Notes under the pieces: generated by a model | The model's input: only the letters and a program-made list of their open reading frames with translations | Database searches by the model: none | What the model was told of the DNA's origin: nothing | Shown: piece by piece, positions 24,128 through 33,941 of the stretch | Position numbering within the stretch: position 1 is the first letter of the stretch | How the letters are laid out: each line of letters starts with the position of its first letter | Translations under genes and position numbers: made by a program | NCBI RefSeq assembly: GCF_004010195.1 | Contig: NC_057718.1 | Span: 14,194,383 to 14,237,357, forward strand | DNA from: Chiloscyllium plagiosum | Taxonomy: Eukaryota | DNA length: 42,975 nucleotides | Direction of reading: 5' to 3'

Positions 24128-25591
24128 ATACAGGTGAGGTGGCAGAGGACTGGAGAGTTGCTCATGTTGTCCCCCTGTACAAAAAGGGTAGTAGGGATAT
24201 TCTGGGTAACTACAGAGCAGTGAGCCTGACGTCAGTGGTGGGAAAGTTGCTGGAGAAGGTACTGAGGAATAGGATCTATTTCTATTTAGAAAAGAATGGG
24301 CTTATCAGTGATAGGCAACATGGTTTTGTGCAGGGGAGATCGTGCCTTACCAACTTAATAGAGTTCTTCGAGGAAGTGACCAAGTTGATAGATGAAGGAA
24401 GGGCTGTTGATGTCATATACATGGACTTTAGTAAGGTGTTTGATAAGGTTCCCCATGGTAGACTAATGGAGAAAATGAAGTCACATGGTGTCCAGGGTGT
24501 TCTAGCTAGGTGGATGAAGAACTGGTTGAGCAACAGGAGACAGAGAGTAGTAGTTGAAGGGAATTTCTCAAAATGGAGAAAAGTTACCAGTGGTGTTCCA
24601 CAGGGGTCAGTGTTGGGGCCACTGTTGTTTGTAATATACATAAATGATCTGGAAGAGGGCACTGTTGGTATGATCATCAAGTTTTCAGATGACACGAAGA
24701 TTGGTGGAGTAGCAGAAAGCATAAGGGACTGTCAGTGAATACAGGAGGATATAGATAGACTGAAGAGTTGGGCGGAAAAGTGGCAGATGGTTTTCAATTC
24801 AGACAAATATGAGGTGGTGCATTTAGGCAAATCTAATTCTAGACCGAATTATACAATGAATGGAAGAGCCTTGGGAAAAGTTGATGGGCAGAGAGATCTG
24901 GGAGTGCAGGTCCATTGTACCCTGAAAGTTGCTGCACAGGTGGGTAGAGTGGTTAAGAAGGCATTTGGTATGCTTGCCTTCATTGGACGAGGTATTGAGT
25001 ATAAGAGCTGGCAAGTTATGTTAAAATTGTACAAGACATTGGTGCGGTCGCATTTAGAATACTGTGTACAGTTCTGGTCGCCGGGTTACCAAAAGGATGT
25101 GGACGCTTTGGAGAGGGTGCAGAGAAGGTTTACGAGGATGTTGCCTGGTATGGAAGGTGCTCACTATGAAGAGAGGTTGAGTAGGTTAGGTTTATTTTCA
25201 TTAGAAAAAAGGAGGTTGAGGGGGGACCTGATTGAGGTTTACAAAATCATGAAGGGTATAGACAAGGTGGATAGAGACAAGCTTTTTTACAAGAGGTCAT
25301 GCTTTCAAGGTGAGAGGTGGAAAGTTTAAGGGGGATACACACAGTAAATACTTCACACAGAGGGTGGTGGGCGTTTGGAACATGTTGCCAGTAGAGGTGG
25401 TAGAGGCAGGCACGGTAGATTCATTTAAGATGCGTCTGGATAAATGCATGAGTAGGTGGGCAGCAGAGGGATACAGATGCTTAGGAATTGACCAACAGGT
25501 TTAGACAGTACATTTTGATTGTCTCAGGCTTGGAGGGCTGAAGGGCCTGTTCCTGGGCTGTAAATTCTCTTTGTTCTTTGTTCTTTGTTCT
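24128..25591 (+). mobile_element. Relatively young 5'-truncated CR1 LINE with a nearly open RT frame
   Basis: [38 protein letters not shown]; ORFs at 24139 and 24787 share a frame separated by one TGA (24736-24738); (CTTTGTT)n tail. Confidence 0.96.
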
Positions 25592-26351
25592 CTTTTGCCT
25601 TTAACGTGCCTCTCCTAGCTCAGAGGTAGGGAAACTACATCTGTACCACAAGAAACCCAGTGTTCCCACTACATGGCCATTTCTGGGGATTAGTTACAGC
25701 AGAAGTCTCTCATTTGTGATAGTGCCCAGCTCTTTTGTTGAGGGTGGTTACAGCTGGCAGTCTTGTCAAAGGAAGACACATGGCATTTTTCCCAATTAAC
25801 CCTCACCCATCCCTAAAGACAGATATTTCACAGCATGCTTAATGAAACTCCTTGGCTGAAAACTGAGATGAGTGCTTGTATCTTTTTAGAATACTGAGAT
25901 TCCTTTTTGGTGGATTTTACAGGTTGCAAGTCACACATTCTTCGTTGAGGTCAGTGCAAAAAATACCACATGTCATGCCAATTTTGACTGTCACTTGCTC
26001 AGTGTGGGCATGTTCGGTTGGTACCTGTTTGTTCAGTCTTGATAACAAATGGATAAGGCTAATTTTATTGGGGGCAGAAGTTATTAGTGAGGTTGTTTAT
26101 TAGGCAGGACAATGCCACAGGGCTCTGTGTACTTGAGTTTAATGTTTAACAGATCCTGCTATTGTCACTGGCACATCATACTACAGCTCGATTTCTCTGC
26201 TGCATCTTCATGTTAACTTACACTGACACAACATGATTGTGTATCTATTCAGTTCCACAGTGAGCCTGCACACATGAACTGGCTCTATAGTTGTGCGTTG
26301 ACTCTGCAGTTGTGTACTCACTCTTGGTCATGCTCTGGATATGCACTGGTC

Positions 26352-26636
26352 CTGAGGGTGTGTATTGGCGCTGAGGGTGTGTATTGGCGCTGAGGGTGTG
26401 TATTGGCTCTGAGGGTGTGCACTGGCGCTGAGGGTGTGTATTGGCTCTGAGGGTGTGTATTGGCGCTGAGGGTGTGCACTGGCGCTGAGGGTGTGCACTG
26501 GCGCTGAGGGTGTGCACTGGCGCTGAGGGTGTGTATTGGCGCTGAGGGTGTGTATTGGCGCTGAGGGTGTGTATTGGCTCTGAGGGTGTGTATTGGCGCT
26601 GAGGGTGTGTATTGGCGCTGAGGGTGTGTATTGGCT
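26352..26636. repeat. 19-bp minisatellite, 15 copies
   Basis: Unit CTGAGGGTGTG(TAT/CAC)TGGC(G/T), no spacers. Confidence 0.97.
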
Positions 26637-26884
26637 CTAGGAATTTGCTCAGGTTGTGAGACTCAAGACACTCAAATTTGGGAGATCCAAGGCTCAGGTT
26701 TTGGGTTGATTGGATGGGAGGGGTTGTTACATTAATCCTGGGTTATGCAGGGACAATAAGACTCCTCAATGTCCTATTTGAGACCATAATTTTGTCCTGT
26801 CCTTTCTGAATATCAATACTATGGCGACAAGAGCAGGTTAGAATCCTGCAACCAATGACTCTCATCCTGACAGCCCAAAGCCTA

Positions 26885-27355
26885 CCCACCGTCTATAAGG
26901 AGTGTGATTGAACACTCGTGGATGTTGCCTGGATGAATGCAGCTCCAACAACACTCAGGAAACCTGACACCATTCAGGACAAAGCAGCCTGCTTGATTGG
27001 CACCACGTCCATCACCTTCTCCTTCCACCACTGATGCTCCGTGGCAACACTGTGTGTGCGCCATCTACAAGATGCTCTGCAAAGAGACGCTAAGGCTTCT
27101 TTGGCAGCACCTTCCAAACCCATAACCGTTACCAACTGGAAGGGCGAGGGGAGCCAGCTGCAGGTCCCTCCAGCCAGACTTGGCCATGCATTGCTGGTCC
27201 TCTCTGTTGCCAGGTCAAAATCCTGAAAACCTCTTCCTAATAGCACTGGGGGAGATAAAAACTTCACCGCATGGACTGCGATGGTTCCCCACTTTCTCAA
27301 GGGGAGGTTGGGATGGTAATGATTGCTGGTCTAACCAGTGAGATCTATATCTCAT
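26885..27355 (+). mobile_element. Non-LTR retrotransposon 3' fragment (same family as 1065-1720)
   Basis: WMNAAPTTLRKPDTIQDKAACLIG. Confidence 0.72.
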
Positions 27356-27367
27356 GAATGAATGAAA

Positions 27368-27602
27368 GTTGCTCCGTCATTGATGGAAGTGCCTTCAGTT
27401 GCCTGGGCTCCAAATTCCAGAATTCCCTCGCTCCATCTCTCTACCTTGCTTTCTTCCTTGCACACTTCCAAGTCTACCTCTTTGGCCAAGTTTTGACTAG
27501 ATCCAGCATCATCTTTGTTGCTGAGTGTCATGTAGTAATTCTGTGAAGTGGCTTGTGACAATTTATTGTGTTAAGGGTGCTATGTAAATGTAAGTTGTTT
27601 TT
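27368..27602 (+). mobile_element. L2 3' tail fragment
   Basis: GCCTTCAGTTGCCTGGGCTCCAAATTCCAGAATTCCCTC ... GGTGCTATGTAAATGTAAGTTGTT. Confidence 0.6.
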
Positions 27603-28497
27603 ATTGAATATGGATGTTAAGGGACACTTGGCACTTGATCGTGTTGTAGGCGATGAGAAGCTGCTCCCAAAGAGAGGGGAGTAATTCAGCAATGGGCACT
27701 CACCTGCGTGAGAGTGATATCTTCCCTGCAAACAGGAGAAGATTGAAAACCTGGATCCTTATCTTGTGAAATGAAGTGAATGCATATGGGGAGGGGGAAG
27801 GGTTGGGTAAACACCACAGCTTTAAAAGTAGAGGCTGAAATCTGCTGTGATCATGCAGCACCTTCTCCCCATGTCAGCCCTTTTAACCTCCTGTCGATAA
27901 TTCACTGGGGTGATGGCAGATTTAATTGCGCTGTTGTCCTCAATCCACTTTAGCTGGCAAGTACCTCAGCAAATAAAACTAGATCAGTTATGTATTGAAT
28001 GCATGCCAATTGATCTCCTTCTCCATCCCTGTCCTCTCCCTTCCTACATCAGCATTAATACGTAAAATATATTGTATCTTTATAACAACAAGGTCACTCA
28101 AAATACTGAACATAAATCAGTCATTGAAGATGCAACAAACCTAGTTTTAGAGTAATTAAATTATTCAGCACAGTCCATCTGACCAAGTATCCCAAACTAA
28201 AGTAATGCCATTTGCCTGCATTTGGCTGATATTCCCTCCAAACCTTTCCTGTTCACAGGCTGTTCGAATGTCTTTTACATGTTGTAACTGTCCCTGTATC
28301 TATTGCTTCCTCTGGCAGTTCATTCCACGTACAAACCACCCTCTGTGTGGAAAGGTTGCCCCTCAGGTCCCTTTTAAACCTTTCTCCTCTCTCTTTAAAG
28401 ATATGCCCCCTGGTTCTAAACTCCTCCAACCCCACGCAAACACCTTTACTTTTCACCCTAATCATGCCCCTCATGATTTTATAATCCTGTATAAGGT

Positions 28498-28668
28498 GAA
28501 AGTGAGGACTGCAGATGCTGGAGATTAGAGTCAAAATTAGTGTGGTGCTGGAAAAGTACAGCAGGTCAGACAGCATCTGAGGAGCAGGAGAATCGACGTT
28601 TCGGGCAGTAGCCCATCATCAGGAATGACCTGCTGTGCTTTTCCAGCATCACTCTAATCTTGACTCTA
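28498..28668 (-). mobile_element. Penelope terminal fragment with inverted part
   Basis: AAAGTGAGGACTGCAGATGCTGG...; TSD CCTGTATAAGGT (28486-28497) / CCTCTATAAGGT (28671-28682). Confidence 0.88.
28591..28626 (-). ncRNA. Minimal type I hammerhead ribozyme motif (Penelope-associated)
   Basis: Minus strand attc-CTGATGA-t-GGGC-tact-GCCC-GAAA-c-GTC-gatt; activity not shown. Confidence 0.65.
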
Positions 28669-29479
28669 AACCTCTATAAGGTCAACCCCTCAGCCTCTGA
28701 CACTACAGGGGAAAAGGCCCAGGCTATTCAGCCTCTCCCTATAGCTCAGACCCTCCAATCCTGGCAAAGACTTCAAAATCATTTCTGCATTCTTTCAAGT
28801 TTCACAACGTCTTTCCTAAAGCAGGGAGATCAGAACTGAATGCAGTATTCCAAAAGTGGCCTCACCAATGTCATCTGGGTTATATATATTCCCACAGAAC
28901 ATTGATAAAATGCCATGTGACCCAACACTGTTAAAACATGCTTCCTGAAACACTGCTTTTCAATATATTACACTTCACACATTGTAAATAATTTGTGCAT
29001 GGTGTATATATTGTGTATTGTGGAAGCTCAATCAGTCAGCATGTGCATGATAGAATTTGATAGATTTTTGGAGGCATACTGTATTCAGGGAAATGGAGAC
29101 AGTGGTATTGGAGATAAACAGCTCCTATCTGTTTGAGTGGTGAGAAGGCTCAGTGAGCTAATTGGCCTTTGTCTGTTCCTGTTGGCCAATTGAATCTGGA
29201 GTGTGGGGCATGGGAGAATGTAGAGCTGAGGTTAAAATCAGATCAGCAATGGTCTTATTGAATGGTGTGGTGGGCCTGAAGGGCCAGGGTTGCTGCTTTT
29301 CTTCCTTGTTCGTATGTTTCATATGATTTATCCAAGGTGGCACCTGCAGTGGGAGCTTACTCATCATGTGATTTGTTGCCCTATGATGTTGATAGGTTTA
29401 TTTGTGTGGTCTGAGTTGGGGTTTAGGAGTTAGGGGTGCATGGGTTGGAGCAGAGATTGACCCTGATGATAAATCCTTC

Positions 29480-29603
29480 AGTCCTGATGAAGGGTTATGC
29501 CTGGAACGTCGACTCTTTAGCTCCTCAGATGCTGCCTGACCTGCTGTGCCTTTTCCACACTTTATCGACTCTGACTCTCCAGCATCTGCAGTCCTGACTG
29601 TCT
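29480..29603 (+). mobile_element. Penelope terminal fragment with hammerhead motif
   Basis: agtc-CTGATGA-agggttatgcct-GGAA-c-GTC-gact: perfect 4-bp stem I, GAAA mutated. Confidence 0.82.
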
Positions 29604-29864
29604 TCCTTCACTTACTAACTGCTCCATCCCTCAGTTGCCATGAGGTGGATCATAAGCTCCCTCCAATCCTGGGTTTGGGACAGACCAGAAATGATTTACC
29701 TTCCCTTCTTCTCATCAGGAAATGAAGGGCATGGCCACCATCCTCCCATTTCATCTCCCATCCCGGTGTTCTCTGCAGCAGTTGGAAGGGTTGTAAATAT
29801 GGAAAAGATGTCCATTTCCAGCTGTGTTAGCTCTCACTTTCTGGGAACATGACTGTTGTTTTCC

Positions 29865-30235
29865 AGTTCCAGTCCAGAGACCTGAGCTAAAACTGAGGCT
29901 GAACAATCTCAGGGCCATACTGACAGGGTTCAGCTCTGTTTGAGGTGCCATCTCTCACATGAGTCGTTAAATTGTGAGCCTTTTACTCCTCCGTTAGGTC
30001 AACGTGAAAACCATTATTTTGAAATGGAGCAGACAAGTCCTGGTCAATATTTACTGCTCAAAGAGCATGTTTAAACCAAATTGAATTGTTGTTTGTGGGA
30101 GCTTGCTGTGCACAAATTGGCTGCGACTCTTCCTACATTATAGTGGTGACTACATGTCAAGAAATTGATTCAAAAGCCGCTTTGGGATGTTGCAATGTCA
30201 TGAAAGACACTACGGAAGTTCAAGTCTTTCTCCTT
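29865..30235 (+). mobile_element. Deu-domain SINE (SacSINE1-like), near full length
   Basis: GAGGTGCCATCTCTCACATGAGTCGTTAAA; GTCCTGGTCAATATTTA; TGTTTGTGGGAGCTTGCTGTGCACAAATTGGCTGC; CAAGTCTTTC tail. Confidence 0.75.
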
Positions 30236-30767
30236 TCTCCATTAAACTGAGTTTGAAAATGCATTGGTGTCAGAACCTTTGGGACAATGCTATAGGAGGG
30301 AATTAATGCTATCCATGCATCGGCCCCTCGGAGCAAGATGGTAGCTGCAGCTACTGCACATGAGGGTATCAGAGACAACCCTTGGTCAGGCAGAGACTGT
30401 TTATTAGAGCAGCCAGTCATGTCCTGATCAAGAGAAGCTCATTCAAACACTGAGGAGGTTCAAGAACATAGAGGTTTGAAGTGATTGTGGCAGGCGTACG
30501 ATGATGCCTTTGACACTAGCCTTTGAGATCACTTCAGTGGCTCGCTGTCTGCCCTTGTCAGTTAAAGCTTTGCAGAGCACCTTTGAATTGACTTCACTGA
30601 CACCACTGTCTTCTATCTAACCTCTGGGAAATGGTGTCTGGAGTGCACGGAGGAGTGTAGTGGCTTCACGGCATTATCTTTTGGCTCTGCCTTTCATGAT
30701 ATTTGGACGAGCAGATTCATTGGCGAGGCATTTATAATCCAGGCTTGGAGGGGTAATGTGACTACGT

Positions 30768-31096
30768 GATGAGGGACATGGATAGGGTGAATATCTGAGA
30801 TCTTTTTCCCAGCATGAGGAGTGCAAAAACTAGAGGGCATTGGTTTAAGGGGAGAGGAAAGATTTAAAAAGGACCAAAGGGGGTATGTGTATGGATTGAA
30901 CTGCCAGAGGAAGTGGGAGAAGCTGGTACAATTACAGCATTTAAAAGGCATTTGGATGGGTATATGAACAGGAAGGGTTTAGAGGGATATGAGCCAAATG
31001 CTGGTAAATGGGACTAGGTCAGATTGAGATGTCTGGTCAGCGTGGATGAGTTGGACTGAAGGGTCTGTTTCTGTGCTGTAAACTCTGTGACTCTAT
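30768..31096 (+). mobile_element. CR1 3' end
   Basis: Same subfamily as 19110-19414; ends GCTGTAAACTCTGTGACTCTATG. Confidence 0.85.
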
Positions 31097-31469
31097 GGGG
31101 CTGACTTCAACTCAATCAGTCTGCAGACATGGACTATGCACGTACAAATTAGGAGCAAGGGAAGGCTGTTTGGCCCCTCATATGTGCTCCATCTTTCAAT
31201 GGGATCATGGCTGTAGCCTCAACTCCATTCTCTCGCCTAAGACTCACCCCCCCCCACCCCAAATAATCTGTTTCTGTGCTGTAAACTCTGTGACTCTATG
31301 GGGCTGACTTCAACTCAATCAGTCTGCAGACATGGACTATGCACGTACAAATTAGGAGCAAGGGAAGGCTGTTTGGCCCCTCATATGTGCTCCATCTTTC
31401 AATGGGATCATGGCTGTAGCCTCAACTCCATTCTCTCGCCTAAGACTCACCCCCCCCCACCCCAAATAA
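31064..31469. repeat. Exact 203-bp tandem duplication
   Basis: 31064-31266 equals 31267-31469; identical ORFs at 31095 and 31298. Confidence 0.95.
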
Positions 31470-31505
31470 TCTTTGACTCCCTTGAATAAAGAGAGCATCT
31501 GGGTT

Positions 31506-32543
31506 AATAGACAATAGACAATAGGTGCAGGAGTAGGCCATTCTGCCCTTCGAGCCTGCACCACCATTCAATATGATCATGGCTGATCATCCTTAATCAG
31601 TATCTTGTTCCTGCCTTATCTCCATAACCCTTGATTCCACAATCCTTGAGAGCTCTACCCAACTCTTTCTTAAATGAACCCAGAGACTGGGCCTCCACTG
31701 CCCTCTGGGGCAGAGCAATCCACACAGCCACCACTCTCTGGGTGAACAAGTTTCTCCTCATCTCTGTCCTAAATGGTCTACCCCGTATTTTTAAGCTGTG
31801 TCCTCTGTTTCGGCACTCACCCCGCAGCGGAAACATGTTGCCAGCCGCCAGAGTGTCCAATCCTTTGATCATCTTATATGTCTCAACCAGATCCCCTCTC
31901 AGTCTTCTAAACTCAAGGGTACACAAGCCCAGTCGCTCCAGTCTTTCAGTGTAAGGTAATCCCGCCATTCCAAGAATTGACCTTGTGAACCTACGCTGCA
32001 TTCCCTCAATAGCCAGAATGTCTCTCCTCAAATTTGGAGACCAGAACTGCACACAGTACTCCAGGTGTGGTCACACCAGGGCCCTGTACAGCTGCAGAAG
32101 GACCTCTTTGCTTCTATACTCAATCCCTCTTGTTATGAAGGCCAGCATGCTATTAGCCTTCTTCACTACCTGCTGTACCTGCATGCTTACCTTCATTGAG
32201 TGGTGTACAAGAACCCCCAGATCTCTCTGTACTGCCCCTTTACCTAAATTGATTCCACTTAGGTGGTAATCTGCCTTCCTGTTCTTGCCACCAAAGTGGA
32301 TAAGGATCCATTTATCCACGTGAAAGTGCATCTGCCATGCATCTGAGCACTCACCTAACTTGTCCAGGTCACCCTGTAATCTCCTAACATCCTCATCACA
32401 TTTCACCCTGCCACCCAGCTGATGAAATTTGCGAATGTTATTGCTAATACCATCTTGTATATCCTGAAGATAGATTGTAAAAAGCTGCGGTCCCAGTACT
32501 GATCCGTGCGGTACCCCACTGGCCAGTGCCCGGCATTCCGAAA
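31506..32543 (-). mobile_element. 5'-truncated CR1 LINE with the RT catalytic DD motif deleted
   Basis: SGVPHGSVLGPQLFTIY..NIRKFHQLGG (no ADDTK), QRRFTR, RRLRGDL; (CTATTGT)n tail. Confidence 0.95.
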
Positions 32544-32832
32544 TGGAGGGGTGGAGGAGTGTGGAAGGATGAGAGAATGCAGGCTGCAGCCCTATGAAGC
32601 AGGGGGAGGGCTTGCAGTTGGCCTGTGTGGGGATGTGGGAGACTACAGGAGCCTGGTGGGCAAGGGCTGGCCTGAAAGGCAGCTGGAGGGACGGAGGGAG
32701 GGAAGCACGCACGGAGGAGGAAGAGCAAAGAGAAAAGAGAAAAAAAAGCCAAAGGGGATAAAGAGAAAGAGCAAGAAAGAAAATGTGGCTGGCCAGCACG
32801 CCTTGAAGTAGGGAGAAAAGGCAGGGGCCAGC
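32544..32832 (+). other. Putative 5S rDNA upstream non-transcribed spacer
   Basis: GC/purine-rich sequence unlike the surrounding intron; TTGAAGTA at about -30. Confidence 0.6.
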
Positions 32833-32952
32833 GCCTACGGCCATACTAGTCTGAAAACGCCCGATCACGTCTGATCTCGGAAGCTAAGCAGACACAGGCC
32901 TGGTTAGTACTTGGATGGGAGACCGCCTGGGAATACCAGGTGCAGTAGGCTT
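32833..32952 (+). rRNA. 5S rRNA gene, full length (functional status unknown)
   Basis: GCCTACGGCCATAC...TAGGCTT, 120 nt; box A AGCTAAGCAG, box C TTGGATGGGAGACCGCCTG. Confidence 0.97.
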
Positions 32953-32955
32953 TTT
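32951..32955 (+). terminator. RNA polymerase III terminator (T5)
   Basis: TTTTT directly at the 5S 3' end; second T-run TTATTTTT at 33022-33029. Confidence 0.85.
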
Positions 32956-33175
32956 CCGCCAGCAGTGGCTGCTCAAGTCACCCCTCTGCACTTGTCTTGT
33001 GCCAGGCAATGGAGCGGCAGGTTATTTTTGCTGCTGCTGCTGTGCCTGGCATCAGTCTCCTGCAGGCACGAGACACGGAGGGGAGGAGAGCGGAGCGCTG
33101 CCAAAATCAGCAAGAAAGGCGGAAAGAAAGGGATTGGGGCTGCACGCTGTCTGCGCGTGGCAGTCAGGAAAGGCG
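32956..33175 (+). other. Putative 5S rDNA downstream spacer
   Basis: GC-rich, CpG-retaining, short (GCT)n run, no poly(A). Confidence 0.6.
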
Positions 33176-33492
33176 GACAATAGACAATAGGTGCAGGAGT
33201 TGGCCATTCTGCCCTTCCAGCCTGCACCACCATTCAATATGATCATGGCTGATCATCCTTAATCAGTATCCTGTTCCTGCCTTATCTCCATAACCCTTGA
33301 TCCCACTATCCTTGAGAGCTCTATCCAACTCTTTCTTAAACAAATCCAGAGACTGGGCCTCCACTGCCCTCTGGGGCAGAGCATCCCACACAGCCACCAC
33401 TCTCTGGGTGAAGAAGTTTCTCCTCATCTCTGTCCTAAATGGTCTACCCCGTATTTTTAAGCTGTGTCCTCTGTTTCGGCACTCACCCCGCA
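33176..33492 (-). mobile_element. Second copy of the CR1 3' end seen at 31510
   Basis: About a dozen substitutions in ~317 bp versus 31510-31826; same GACAATAGACAATAGG tail. Confidence 0.95.
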
Positions 33493-33743
33493 TGGTTGGA
33501 GGGTTCCTCGGTGGAAGATGAGGCGCTCTTCCTCCAACCATCGTGTTGCTATGGTCTGGCGATGGAGGAGTCCAAGGACCTGCATTGTCTGGCGATGGAG
33601 GAGTCCCTCCTCCCTACCTTTTATCTTAGCCTGCTGGACACACTTTCCTCATTCCTGAAGAAGGGCTTATGCCCGAAATGTCGATTCTCCTGCTCCTTGG
33701 ATGCTGCCTGACCTGCTGCGCTTTTCCAGCAACACATTTTCAG
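33493..33743. mobile_element. Penelope fragment with 5' inversion; hammerhead motif at 33651-33686
   Basis: Reverse-oriented GIY-YIG C-terminal piece (33493-33606), then forward terminal repeat with attc-CTGAAGA-a-GGGC-ttat-GCCC-GAAA-t-GTC-gatt. Confidence 0.88.
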
Positions 33744-33941
33744 ATACAGCAAGTAATCAGGAAAGCAATAGAATGTTATGCTTTATTATAAGAGGTATTG
33801 AATACAAGACCGGGGAGGTTATCTGCCTGACCTGCTGCGCTTTTCCAGCAACACATTTTCAGATACAGCAAGTAATCAGGAAAGCAATAGAATGTTATGC
33901 TTTATTATAAGAGGTATTGAATACAAGACCGGGGAGGTTAT
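33704..33941. repeat. Exact 119-bp tandem duplication
   Basis: 33704-33822 equals 33823-33941. Confidence 0.95.

Larger units (their letters stand above)
28170..28872 (-). mobile_element. CR1 3' fragment interrupted by a Penelope insert
   Basis: YKIMRG..RTRGH..FKRDLRGN..TQRVVCTWNELPEE. Confidence 0.85.

Noticed and set aside
24139..25329. Active or domesticated reverse transcriptase gene
   Set aside because: 5'-truncated, in-frame stop, deletion near 25285 and ordinary LINE tail
26352..26636. CRISPR or coding repeat (ORF 26245-26517)
   Set aside because: Contiguous 19-mers with no spacers; unit length is not a multiple of 3
32071..32868. 265-aa ORF as a novel RT fusion protein
   Set aside because: Chance read-through from antisense 5S and spacer into a CR1 fragment lacking the catalytic aspartates
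32833..33492. 5S-derived SINE3 (5S head plus CR1 tail)
   Set aside because: The 5S is complete with its terminator and the CR1 tail is on the opposite strand
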